A stretch of 64,000 bases of DNA from an uncultured Bacillota bacterium (GTDB taxonomy: Bacteria > Bacillota > Clostridia > Peptostreptococcales > Anaerovoracaceae). Location: assembly GCA_949295785.1 (NCBI GenBank), contig CASFMJ010000110.1, forward strand, positions 1,313-65,312, written 5' to 3'. Positions within the stretch are counted from its first letter, which is position 1, and each line of letters starts with the position of its first letter. Shown here piece after piece: positions 8,037-17,649 of the stretch. The notes beneath the pieces were generated by a model that had not been told where the DNA came from, did not search any database, and saw only the letters and a list, made by a program, of their open reading frames with translations. The position numbers and the translations under genes are program-made.

Positions 8037-9593
8037 ATGAAAAGCAAATTAAACCTTGACCCGAAAGTAGTGGACAGTGCTCGTTCTCATGCTGCCAATA
8101 TCGCTCGCGATATGCAGGAATTCATCGACAGACATACTACTGTCAGCACAGAGAGAACAGTTCTGAGACTTTTAGGTGTTGACGGTGTTGACGATGTCGA
8201 CACTCCGCTTCCAAACGTAGTAGTTGATCAGATCAAGGAGGCAGGCGGACTTTCACGCGGCGCTGCTTACTGGATGGGAAATGCAATGATCCAGACAGGA
8301 AAAACTCCTCAGGAAATTGCCGAGGATGTTGCTGCCGGAAAACTGGAACTTACTAAGCTTCCTACAGCATCTGCTGAAGAGGCAAAAGAAGCAGTAATGC
8401 CTAAGGTACACGAATCACTTAAGAAAATCAAAGCTCAGACAGCCAAGAGACAGGAACTTCTTGACAGGCTGGGAGAAGGCGCACAGCCATATCTTTATGT
8501 TATAGTTGCAACAGGTAACATCTACGAAGATGTTATTCAGGCCCAGGCGGCTGCAAGACAGGGAGCTGATATAATTGCTGTTATCAGAACTACTGCTCAG
8601 TCACTTCTTGACTACGTTCCTTACGGACCGACTACTGAAGGCTTCGGCGGAACATATGCCACACAGGAAAACTTCAGGATCATGAGAAAGGCTCTTGACG
8701 AAGTTGGTGAAGAAGTAGGCAGATACATAAGACTGTGTAACTATTCATCCGGAATGTGCATGCCTGAGATTGCTGCCATGGGTGCTATGGAAAGACTGGA
8801 TGTTATGCTTAACGATGCTATCTATGGCATACTGTTCAGAGACATCAACATGCAGAGAACTCTGGTTGACCAGTACATGAGCCGTGTAATAATAGGATAC
8901 TGCGGTATCATATTCAACTCAGGAGAAGATAACTATCTTACTACTGATGATGCCTATGAGGCTGCTCATACTGTTACTGCTTCGCAGTTCATCAATGAAC
9001 AGTTTGCGGTACTTGCAAACATTCAGGAATGGCAGATGGGTCTGGGACACGCATTCGAAATGGATCCGGGTATGACCAACGGCTTCCTGTATGAACTGGC
9101 TCAGGCAGTTATGGCAAGAGAAATCTTCCCTAACGCAAGCCTTAAATACATGCCTCCTACAAAATTCATGACAGGAAATATCTTCAAGGGAAATATTCAG
9201 GATGCGCTGTTCAATCTGGTAGCTATCTGGTCCGGACAGTCACTGCAGCTTCTGGGAATGCTGACTGAAGCTATCCACACTCCTCATATGCATGACAGAT
9301 ATCTTTCTATCGAAAATGCAAAATATATATTCAACAACTGTAAGGATCTGGGTTCAGAAGTAGAATTCAAGCAGGACGGTATTATCCAGAAGAGAGCACA
9401 GTACGTTCTTGCAAAAGCTGATGAGCTCCTTGCTGAGGTAGAAAAAGAAGGTCTTTTCTCAACTATTGAGAAAGGTATATTCGGCGGCGTTAAGAGACCT
9501 AAAGACGGCGGACATGGTCTTGACGGCGTTTGCGTAAAAGACGATATGTATTTCAATCCGTTTATTCCACTTATGCTTGGAGGTGAAGAATAA
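8037..9593 (+). CDS. kamD: D-lysine/beta-lysine 5,6-aminomutase alpha subunit
   Basis: 518 aa with RBS AAGGAGAG. Size and sequence are typical of KamD (TIM-barrel PLP/B12 large subunit). It lies directly upstream of the B12-binding small subunit with a TAATG overlap. Confidence 0.88.
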   Translation: MKSKLNLDPKVVDSARSHAANIARDMQEFIDRHTTVSTERTVLRLLGVDGVDDVDTPLPNVVVDQIKEAGGLSRGAAYWMGNAMIQTGKTPQEIAEDVAAGKLELTKLPTASAEEAKEAVMPKVHESLKKIKAQTAKRQELLDRLGEGAQPYLYVIVATGNIYEDVIQAQAAARQGADIIAVIRTTAQSLLDYVPYGPTTEGFGGTYATQENFRIMRKALDEVGEEVGRYIRLCNYSSGMCMPEIAAMGAMERLDVMLNDAIYGILFRDINMQRTLVDQYMSRVIIGYCGIIFNSGEDNYLTTDDAYEAAHTVTASQFINEQFAVLANIQEWQMGLGHAFEMDPGMTNGFLYELAQAVMAREIFPNASLKYMPPTKFMTGNIFKGNIQDALFNLVAIWSGQSLQLLGMLTEAIHTPHMHDRYLSIENAKYIFNNCKDLGSEVEFKQDGIIQKRAQYVLAKADELLAEVEKEGLFSTIEKGIFGGVKRPKDGGHGLDGVCVKDDMYFNPFIPLMLGGEE

Positions 9594-10387
9594 TGACAGC
9601 AGAATGCAAAGCAACCAGCAGTGTAGATTTAACCAAAGTTAAACCTTATGGTGATACATTAAACGACGGAATGGTCGAAATGGCCTTTACTCTTCCCGTA
9701 CCTTACGGTGAAGAAGCAGAAGAAGCAGCTAAGCAGCTGGCAAAGAAAATGGGTTTTGATGAACCAAATGTAACTTACTATCATGAACTTTGTCCCGGAT
9801 TCACTTTCTTTGTAGTATACGGAAAGTGTCAGCAGACAATAGACTTCACCGCTATCAAGGTTCCTAAGGTTGAAGGAACTACGATGGACAGAGTTGAATG
9901 CGGTGAATGGATAGGCGAACATGTGGGAAGAGATATCGTAGTTGTAGGTGCTTCCATAGAATCAGACGCACACACTGTAGGTATCGATGCCATTATCCAG
10001 ATGAAAGGATTCCATGGACATTTCGGCCTTGAAAGATTTAAGCATGTAGTTCCGTATAATATGGGATCACAGGTTCCTTGTGAGGCTCTGATCGCCAAGG
10101 CTAAGGAAGTCAATGCCGATGCCATACTGGTTTCACAGACAGTAACTCAGAAGGATATTCATATCAAACAGCTGACAAAGATGGCTGAACTGCTTGAGGC
10201 CGAAGGTCTGCGTGATAAAGTTATTCTTACTTGCGGAGGTCCTAGAATTTCTCATGAACTGGCACAGGAACTGGGATACGATGCAGGTTTCGGACCGGGA
10301 AAATATGCTGAACATGTAATGAGCTATATCATGCAGGAAGTAGTCAAGAGAGGCTGGCAGAACAAACCGCAGATATCAGATCGTTAA
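9593..10387 (+). CDS. kamE: D-lysine/beta-lysine 5,6-aminomutase beta subunit (B12-binding)
   Basis: 264 aa. The cobalamin-binding DxHxxG motif is SDAHTVGID, followed by a Rossmann-like C-terminal domain. It is translationally coupled to kamD. Confidence 0.88.
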   Translation: MTAECKATSSVDLTKVKPYGDTLNDGMVEMAFTLPVPYGEEAEEAAKQLAKKMGFDEPNVTYYHELCPGFTFFVVYGKCQQTIDFTAIKVPKVEGTTMDRVECGEWIGEHVGRDIVVVGASIESDAHTVGIDAIIQMKGFHGHFGLERFKHVVPYNMGSQVPCEALIAKAKEVNADAILVSQTVTQKDIHIKQLTKMAELLEAEGLRDKVILTCGGPRISHELAQELGYDAGFGPGKYAEHVMSYIMQEVVKRGWQNKPQISDR

Positions 10388-10481
10388 AAAATTGTTCTGC
10401 TACTCATTGACATGAAGCCGAAAGTGAGTTAGAGTATATATGTTGGACATATGACAAATTTTAGGAAAGGTGATATATAAC

Positions 10482-11207
10482 ATGATTAACAAAATTATGA
10501 CTGCAGACGAAGCAGTTGCAGGCGTAAAAGACGGTATGACCATCATGGTAGGCGGATTCCTTGCAACAGGTTCCCCTGAAGTTCTGATGGATGCGCTGGT
10601 AAGAAAAGGCGTAAAGCATCTTACCGTTATCGCTAACGACGGAGGTCTCGATGCAGGACAGCCTGCAGGAGAATTCGGCGGAAAGACTGCAAGAGGCGTT
10701 GGCAAACTGCTTGAACACCACATGGTAGACCACATAATCGCTTCTCATCTTGGAGTGAACCCTAAGCTTAACGAACAGTTTGCTGAAGGTACATTAAGAT
10801 ACACACTGGTTCCTCAGGGAACCCTGGCTGAAAAGATCAGGGCTGCCGCATACGGTCTGGGCGGAGTGCTGACTCCTACCGGTGTAGGTACTCCTATGGA
10901 GACTGAACTTGATGAACTGGGAAGAGAAAAGAAGGTAGTAGAGATAGAAGGTAAAAAGTATCTTCTCGAGATGCCTCTCCGTGCTGACTATGCTTTCATC
11001 AGACCTACTGTAGCTGACAAATTCGGCAACTATTACTGCGCAAAAGCTACTAAAAACTTCAACTATGTAATGGCAGGAGCTGCAGATAAGACAATCATAG
11101 CTCCGGAAAAGATAGTTGAAATAGGTGAAATAGATCCTGATATGTTTGCTGTAGCAGGCGTTCTGGTAGATGCTATTGCGGAAGGAGAGAAACCATGGCA
11201 GATTTAA
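10482..11207 (+). CDS. atoD: 3-oxoacid (acetoacetate):butyryl/acetyl-CoA CoA-transferase subunit A
   Basis: Starts at the ATG at 10482, after AGGAAAGG. The family I CoA-transferase A signature is MTIMVGGF...G.PE. It overlaps the B subunit by 13 nt. Confidence 0.85.
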   Translation: MINKIMTADEAVAGVKDGMTIMVGGFLATGSPEVLMDALVRKGVKHLTVIANDGGLDAGQPAGEFGGKTARGVGKLLEHHMVDHIIASHLGVNPKLNEQFAEGTLRYTLVPQGTLAEKIRAAAYGLGGVLTPTGVGTPMETELDELGREKKVVEIEGKKYLLEMPLRADYAFIRPTVADKFGNYYCAKATKNFNYVMAGAADKTIIAPEKIVEIGEIDPDMFAVAGVLVDAIAEGEKPWQI

Positions 11208-11851
11208 AAACAAGAATCGCAAAGAGATGTGCGAAAGAATTTAAAGACGGTGAATTCGCCAACCTTGGAATAGGCCTGCCTACAATGGTAGCTGACTATA
11301 TCCCTGAAGATATCATGGTAACATTCCATTCCGAAAACGGATTTGCCGGTATAGACGCTATTGCTGATGAGTCAAATGTCGATGTTGACATCATCAATTC
11401 CGGCGGAACTTATGTAACCGCTCTTGACAGAGTAAAATACTTTGACACAGCCGAGTCCTTCGGTCTTGTAAGAGGCGGACATGTAAGAGCTACCGTTCTG
11501 GGCGCTATGGAAGTTGCTGAAAACGGAGACCTGGCAAACTGGATCGTTCCCGGCAAGAAAGTAGCCGGCATGGGCGGAGCTATGGACCTGTGTACAGGTT
11601 GTCCTGAGGTTATTATCGTAATGCTCCATACTCAGAAAGGTAATCCGAAGATTCTGAAGAAATGTACTCTTCCGCTTACAGCAGAAAAGTGTGTTTCCAA
11701 GATCATTACTGAAATGGGTGTAATGGAAGTAAGAGAAGACGGTATCTGGGTTGTTGAACTTCACCCCGATTATACCAAGGAAGATATCCAGGCTGCAACA
11801 GGCTGCGAACTTCACTTCGATCCTGATATGAAACCTATGGAAGAAGAATAG
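11195..11851 (+). CDS. atoA: 3-oxoacid CoA-transferase subunit B
   Basis: 218 aa. It contains the SENG motif (FHSENGF) that carries the catalytic Glu of family I CoA-transferase beta subunits. Confidence 0.85.
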   Translation: MADLKTRIAKRCAKEFKDGEFANLGIGLPTMVADYIPEDIMVTFHSENGFAGIDAIADESNVDVDIINSGGTYVTALDRVKYFDTAESFGLVRGGHVRATVLGAMEVAENGDLANWIVPGKKVAGMGGAMDLCTGCPEVIIVMLHTQKGNPKILKKCTLPLTAEKCVSKIITEMGVMEVREDGIWVVELHPDYTKEDIQAATGCELHFDPDMKPMEEE

Positions 11852-11873
11852 AATATTATATTATAAAGTAAAA

Positions 11874-11907
11874 GAGGCAGACATGAATAACATGTCTGCC
11901 CCTTTTT
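11874..11907. terminator. bidirectional terminator between convergent operons
   Basis: 10-bp stem GGCAGACATG / CATGTCTGCC with an AATAA loop. T runs are present on both strands. Confidence 0.7.
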
Positions 11908-11938
11908 ATAACATGATATTTATTACAGATTCATCCGT

Positions 11939-13138
11939 TTACTTAAGCATGTAGTTTTTCAGATCCTGACGCCTGCTTATGTTAAGTTTATGCAGACATA
12001 CAGAAATATACTGTTTGACGGTATTAGGGGAAATGTTAAGGTGTTCGCCGATTTCCTGATTTGTCCATCCGCGGGCAGCAAGCATAGCTATAGCAAATTC
12101 GGTAGTAGTAAGATTGTCAGCCACATCTTCACCGGTAGTGGGATTATGGATCTTTCGCCAGCCTGCTGAAAATCGGTATGTTATATTTATAATTTTTTTA
12201 AATTCATCAGGCCAGCTTTTTTTTATGACAGATTCCAGCATGCCACCCAGAAGACCATGATGTTCTCCGAAGCCTTCGATGAGCCCGTCAGGCATGGCAA
12301 TCTCCCATGCAGCTAAAAGATGTTCTTTGGCTTTTTCCGGCTGCTTGAGACTCATGTAATCCATTACAGCTACCAGATGAAGGTAAATAGCAGGAATAGG
12401 ATACATTTCTGACAACATGGCAAGGGTTGTCTCTGTTATGCCTATGCTTTTGCCGTAATCCTTCTGCAGATATGTATAGTGTGCCTGAACATAAAAAGCA
12501 AAAGCTCTTACGCCGGGAGGCAGTAGGGGAAGATAACCGGTAATCCTGGTAAAATTGTCGGGGAGCGGCAGATGCAGGAGTACAGAAGCCGCTGATGCGA
12601 CAAATGATTTAGCTGCAGCAACATTAATCTCTGTATTGTTGCTTTCAGATGAAAATATACGACTTAATTCGTTCAGAGCATATCGGGTCTGATTTATATG
12701 CCCTATGGCAAGATTGGAATATGCATATATTAAAAAGGCAGATAAACGTGCGCCTTCATTTTCGCTTGCCATATACAGCTCGCATATTTCTGCAGCCTGT
12801 TCAGGATGGCCGCTGAAATAATAAAATTCAGCTTTTGCAATATCCTTTTGGGTTCCCGGCTCCATTTTTTCTATATAATCAAGACAGGTTCCCGGTTTGA
12901 ATGAAGAATTCATAAGGGGCATCAGTGATGAGGCAGCCATAGACTGGGGCTTCGCATTGTATGAAGGCATTTTGTTTCTCTGCCGATTTATACGAGGGTC
13001 TTCAGCGGTTAAAGGAATAGTCCATCGGCCGTCTGTTTTTTTTGCACCCTCAATACGGTTCAGAGCACAGTATTTCTGCAGCATGCGTTCAGAAATGTTC
13101 CATTTTTCAGATGCCTGTTTTATTGACATATATTCCAT
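11939..13138 (-). CDS. LuxR-family transcriptional regulator with an N-terminal MerR/excisionase-type HTH and a TPR-like middle region
   Basis: Starts at the ATG at 13138, after GGAGG. The N-terminus reads MSIKQASEKWNISERMLQKYC. The C-terminal LuxR HTH reads EFAIAMLAARGWTNQEIGEHLNISPNTVKQYISVCLHKL. Confidence 0.8.
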   Translation of the reverse strand: MEYMSIKQASEKWNISERMLQKYCALNRIEGAKKTDGRWTIPLTAEDPRINRQRNKMPSYNAKPQSMAASSLMPLMNSSFKPGTCLDYIEKMEPGTQKDIAKAEFYYFSGHPEQAAEICELYMASENEGARLSAFLIYAYSNLAIGHINQTRYALNELSRIFSSESNNTEINVAAAKSFVASAASVLLHLPLPDNFTRITGYLPLLPPGVRAFAFYVQAHYTYLQKDYGKSIGITETTLAMLSEMYPIPAIYLHLVAVMDYMSLKQPEKAKEHLLAAWEIAMPDGLIEGFGEHHGLLGGMLESVIKKSWPDEFKKIINITYRFSAGWRKIHNPTTGEDVADNLTTTEFAIAMLAARGWTNQEIGEHLNISPNTVKQYISVCLHKLNISRRQDLKNYMLK

Positions 13139-13191
13139 GATACTTACCTCCACCGATTTATTTATAATCTCAGAATTATTTCCAAGTTATG

Positions 13192-15225
13192 TTATGATTT
13201 TTCACCTTCAATGTATAGCAGTCCTTCTCTGGTTATTCTTGAACCGGTACGGCCGGTGCCGGTATGGATAAGGCCGTTTTTCTTCAGTTCAGCCATGTAT
13301 TTTTTCAGCAGACCTTCTCCGATATTTATATTTTCTTTGTATAAACTTTGTAATATTGCCCCGCGTCCTATTCCGACATATGGAGTTGATTCTGACAGTA
13401 TAATCTTGAGAATCTTCTTCATAATATAGTCTTTACCTGCCATGTCATCATTCTGAAAAACCGCGCCAAAGCAGTCATCTGATTTTATATAATCCGGCTC
13501 AGCTGATGTGCCAGCAGGCAGATATTCGGGAAGCTGTCCCATTATCCTGTAATATGACGCTGCATTTTCCAGTTCTCTTACATTTCCGGGCCAGCTGTAT
13601 CTTAAAAGAGTCTCCTGCTCCTTTGGCAGCAGGTTATTGTATTTTTTGCCGAGGAAAACTTTGAGCAAAGGAAGAATATCGGCCTTTCTGTCTTTGAGAG
13701 GTGCAAGGTTCAGAGTTATAACATTGAGTCTGTAAAAAAGATCGCTTCTGAATTTCCCCTCAGAGACTCTTTTCTCAAGATCTGCATTGGTTGCTGCTAT
13801 TATGCGGACGTCAATATCTATTATTTTTCCGCTTCCGACCCGCATTATCTGGCGCTCCTGTATAACCCTGAGAAGCCTGGTCTGAAGGCTTGAAGAAATA
13901 TCACCTATTTCATCAAGAAAAATCGTACCATGCTGTGCATGTTCAAAAAGACCGAGTTTGCCGCTTTTTTTTGCACCTGTAAAAGAACCTTCTTCATAGC
14001 CGAAAAGCTCGCTTTCCAGAAGACTGTCAGGGATGGCTCCGCAGTTGACAGCCACAAAAGGATATTTCCTGCGTGGAGAATAATTGTGTATTGACTGAGC
14101 AAGCAATTCTTTACCCGTACCGCTTGCACCTCGTATAAGAATGGTGTAATCAGATAGGGCTGCTTTTTTTGCCATACTGATACATTGCTGCATAGAAGCA
14201 GACTGATGAATCATATCATTGAAAGTGTACCGGGCGTAAAACCCGGATTGTTTAAGTTTTCTGCTCAGGTTGTTTTCACTTTCACGAAGGTCTTTCTCGT
14301 TCTGGAAGATAAGACAGCATCCTATGGATTCATCCAGTAATGAAATATTAATTTTTTTAACCAGATAATTTCCTTCTTTAAAGACGATCATTTCATCTTC
14401 AAATGAGTCAGAAGAGGCAAGAGCATCCGGCAGATAATGATTCTGAATAAAAATATCATTTTGTTCAATGCCAAAGGTAGAAGCCGCCTGTTCGTTTATA
14501 TAATGTATGGTACCTCTGCTGTCAAGAAGGATTATTGCCTGTGATGAACCATCTACTACATTGTTAAGCATCTGATCTTTAAGAAAACTGCTCATATAAC
14601 TGTTTATGTAGTCTATACTTGTGTCCATATCCTCCTTGATTTTTTTCAGCAGATTACCATGAACATACGAGTTCTGAAGCCCCAGAAGAGAAATGACTTT
14701 GTGGAATGTCTCAAAGCTGATTTCCCGGTTATATATGTTATATACATGAGTTATATGATCCGGAACAAGGTGCTTTGAGGCTTTGGTGACTATGGCTGTG
14801 TCTATGTCGTCATAACCTCCCTGGACTGCAGTATCTTTATCGAATGGAACCAGCATAAGGTGACCTACGCCAAGCTCATATATCATGTACATGGTCTGAA
14901 GTATGCTCTGTCTTGAGTCATTTACCACAAGCACTCTGGTTCCGGCAGGTATTTCCATTACAGGATGGAGATACTTCTGCTGTATGCTTCTTGTCATTAC
15001 CACTACTTTGGAAAAATCGTCTATGTGACCTACAAGACTGCTGAGAATGTCTTCATAGCATATTACATATGCATCAGCTTCAATTCTCTCATCTTTGTCC
15101 ACCTCATTCATATAATAATTTGTAATGTTGACATAATCTCCCAGAACACTGTAAAAATTGTTTTCCAGATACTCTATAGCCGCAGGATTACACATGCTTC
15201 TGTAAATGATAGCAAGCTCTTTCAT
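13192..15225 (-). CDS. sigma-54-dependent activator (PrpR_N-like, PAS, AAA+) with an atypical winged-helix-like C-terminus
   Basis: Starts at the ATG at 15225, after GGAGG. It has Walker A GASGTGKE, the GAFTGA variant GSFTGA, and GNVRELEN. No Fis-type HTH is present. The C-terminus reads GRGAILQSLYKENINIGEGLLKKYMAELKKNGLIHTGTGRTGSRITREGLLYI. Confidence 0.88.
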   Translation of the reverse strand: MKELAIIYRSMCNPAAIEYLENNFYSVLGDYVNITNYYMNEVDKDERIEADAYVICYEDILSSLVGHIDDFSKVVVMTRSIQQKYLHPVMEIPAGTRVLVVNDSRQSILQTMYMIYELGVGHLMLVPFDKDTAVQGGYDDIDTAIVTKASKHLVPDHITHVYNIYNREISFETFHKVISLLGLQNSYVHGNLLKKIKEDMDTSIDYINSYMSSFLKDQMLNNVVDGSSQAIILLDSRGTIHYINEQAASTFGIEQNDIFIQNHYLPDALASSDSFEDEMIVFKEGNYLVKKINISLLDESIGCCLIFQNEKDLRESENNLSRKLKQSGFYARYTFNDMIHQSASMQQCISMAKKAALSDYTILIRGASGTGKELLAQSIHNYSPRRKYPFVAVNCGAIPDSLLESELFGYEEGSFTGAKKSGKLGLFEHAQHGTIFLDEIGDISSSLQTRLLRVIQERQIMRVGSGKIIDIDVRIIAATNADLEKRVSEGKFRSDLFYRLNVITLNLAPLKDRKADILPLLKVFLGKKYNNLLPKEQETLLRYSWPGNVRELENAASYYRIMGQLPEYLPAGTSAEPDYIKSDDCFGAVFQNDDMAGKDYIMKKILKIILSESTPYVGIGRGAILQSLYKENINIGEGLLKKYMAELKKNGLIHTGTGRTGSRITREGLLYIEGEKS

Positions 15226-15294
15226 GGAAGCGCCTCCATATTTTTTTATAAAAATATTGTAACAAAATATGACGCTGTCAGTCAAGAGCAGCAA

Positions 15295-15310
15295 TGGCAT
15301 GAAAGTTGCA
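15295..15310 (+). promoter_or_regulatory. sigma-54 (-24/-12) promoter
   Basis: TGGCATGAAAGTTGCA is a near-perfect match to TGGCACG-N4-TTGCA. It lies ~40 nt upstream of the SDR start codon and is divergent from the bEBP gene. Confidence 0.78.
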
Positions 15311-15349
15311 ATGATATCCTATATAAGAATACAGCATAAGGAGGGTAAA

Positions 15350-16063
15350 ATGAAAAAAGTTGCGGTTGTTACAGGAGCAGGAGCCGGAATAGGAAAAAAG
15401 ATAGCACTTCAGCTTGCCGGTGAAGGCTACAGGGTGTATGCCAATGCCAGAAGCGAGAAAAAGCTTGAGGACACTCTTGCTGCCGGCAAGGGATATGACA
15501 TCATACCTCTTATATTTGATGTAAGAGACCTGGATGCTATAGAAGAAAGCTTCAGCCACATCGACACAATTGACTGTCTTGTAAACAATGCAGGTGTGAG
15601 TATCAGAAACAAAGGAATATATGATATAAATGAGGATGACTGGGATATGATACTGGACACCAATGCAAAAGGCTATTTCTTTGTTGCGAGAGCGGCATTA
15701 AAGAAAATGAAACGTGGAGGCTGCATAATAAATATGTCCTCCGGTGCTGCCAAAACAGGAGGTGATTTTGTCTCAATACCGTATTCTACTTCCAAGGGAG
15801 CTATAAATTCTCTGACAGTATGTCTGGCAAGAGAACTTGCATCAGAAGGGATAAGGGTCAATGCTGTTTCTCCCGGATTCATTGACACTGACATGCTGAC
15901 CCTCAACGGTCAGCCAAAAGATTTTTATAGCAAGGTAATCCCCCTTGGAAGGCTTGGAGAAACAGAAGATATAGCCAATATGGTGACATTTCTGGCATCA
16001 GAAAAAGCTGGCTTTGTCACCGGACAGATCATAGAAGTCAATGGCGGAGATATAATGGGATAA
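15350..16063 (+). CDS. short-chain dehydrogenase/reductase (FabG-like)
   Basis: Starts at the ATG at 15350, after AGGAGGG. It has the TGAGAGIGK cofactor loop, NNAG, and the YSTSK catalytic Tyr/Lys. Confidence 0.9.
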   Translation: MKKVAVVTGAGAGIGKKIALQLAGEGYRVYANARSEKKLEDTLAAGKGYDIIPLIFDVRDLDAIEESFSHIDTIDCLVNNAGVSIRNKGIYDINEDDWDMILDTNAKGYFFVARAALKKMKRGGCIINMSSGAAKTGGDFVSIPYSTSKGAINSLTVCLARELASEGIRVNAVSPGFIDTDMLTLNGQPKDFYSKVIPLGRLGETEDIANMVTFLASEKAGFVTGQIIEVNGGDIMG

Positions 16064-16179
16064 ATGACAACAATAGGAATAATCCTGTTTATCCTATTAA
16101 AATCAATACTGAAATGCCGACAGTTAAAAAACGGCAGTGATTAATCTGTTGAAACTGATTTGACTGGAAAGGAAAAACA

Positions 16180-17625
16180 ATGAAAGAGAAAGGCAATGTA
16201 AAGACCCCTAATATAACTTTTGGCAAAGCGCTGCTCTGCATAGTGGGACTGGTAATAGTACTGGCGCTGGGGTTCGCCATAATCGGTCTTGACACTAAAG
16301 TCACATTTCTGATAGCATCCATAGTAGTAGGATGTTTTCTTATCGCGTACGGGTACAGACTGGATCAGGTTATGAGCTGGTATGTAGACGGCTGTAAGGG
16401 TGCGATAGAACTTATACTTATTCTTATGAGTGTCGGTACTGTAATAGGTACATGGATGGCATCGGGTACTGTACCGACAATAATTTATTACGGACTTAAA
16501 CTTCTTACGCCGACTTCATTCATGGCTATAGGATTTTTACTGTGCTGTATTGTATCATTCTTTGTAGGAAGCTCATATTCCACCCTTGCAACACTGGGAG
16601 TGGCATTTATCGGTATAGGAACCGGACTTGGCATGAACCTGGGGCTTGTAGCAGGAATGGTGCTTTCAGGAGCCATGTTTGGAGATAAAATGTCACCGTT
16701 TTCAGATACCACAAATCTGGCACCTGCCGTTTCGGGAACGACGGTATATAAGCATATAGGTTCTATGATATATACGGTGACACCCACTATGATAATCACA
16801 TTTGTACTGTATCTTATCATAAGTATGAATATAGATACTCATGCCGCGCAGATGACGTTAGTCGATGAGATGATAAGCGGTCTTGAAAAATCATTCAATA
16901 TCACACCGGTTCTTTTTGTCGTTCCGATTTTTGTGCTGACACTTGCTCTTCTTAAGGTACCTCCTGTGGTGGCAATGCTTTCGAGTGCATTTCTGGCCAT
17001 AATAATGGGAGCTTTTACTCAGACTGACCATGTGGAACTGATCAGGCTTGTAGATGCGATGGGTATAGGTTTTTCCATAGAAACAGGTGTGCCTGAACTT
17101 GATGCACTTCTTAACAGAGGCGGTATAGTTTCAATGATGGAAGTTGTGGCATGGACTCTTCTTACATTGGGAATGGGTCACTGCCTCAAAGAGGGAGGCA
17201 TACTGCATGCGTTCCTCAACAAACTGCTGGTATTTATCAAGAAGCCTAAGCAGCTGGTAATTTCCACACTGCTGTTTTCGCTGGTTACAGCGTGTCTGAC
17301 AGCATCCCAGTATCTTGCTATAATGCTTCCCGGTATGCTGCTCAGGGATGAGTATACAAAATTTAAACTCGATAAAAAGCTCCTTTCAAGGACTCTGGAA
17401 GATGGCGGTACAATGTTCTCGTTCCTTATTCCGTGGGACACTGCCGGTATATATACAGCATCGGTTCTGGGAGTTGCAACAATCACTTATGCGCCTTATG
17501 CCTTCCTTCTGTGGATAAACCCCATAATAGCGATAATATATGCGCTTATCGGCTTTGCCCAGTTTAAAGCGAAGGATGAAGATATAAAAAATGAACTCGA
17601 AGCTGAAGAAAATGCTTCTGCTTAA
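16180..17625 (+). CDS. NhaC-family Na+/H+ antiporter-type transporter
   Basis: 481 aa and polytopic (~11-12 hydrophobic segments). The overall pattern resembles the NhaC family. The call is by recall only. Confidence 0.75.
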   Translation: MKEKGNVKTPNITFGKALLCIVGLVIVLALGFAIIGLDTKVTFLIASIVVGCFLIAYGYRLDQVMSWYVDGCKGAIELILILMSVGTVIGTWMASGTVPTIIYYGLKLLTPTSFMAIGFLLCCIVSFFVGSSYSTLATLGVAFIGIGTGLGMNLGLVAGMVLSGAMFGDKMSPFSDTTNLAPAVSGTTVYKHIGSMIYTVTPTMIITFVLYLIISMNIDTHAAQMTLVDEMISGLEKSFNITPVLFVVPIFVLTLALLKVPPVVAMLSSAFLAIIMGAFTQTDHVELIRLVDAMGIGFSIETGVPELDALLNRGGIVSMMEVVAWTLLTLGMGHCLKEGGILHAFLNKLLVFIKKPKQLVISTLLFSLVTACLTASQYLAIMLPGMLLRDEYTKFKLDKKLLSRTLEDGGTMFSFLIPWDTAGIYTASVLGVATITYAPYAFLLWINPIIAIIYALIGFAQFKAKDEDIKNELEAEENASA

Positions 17626-17649
17626 TAAAATATACAGGAGGACAGATTT

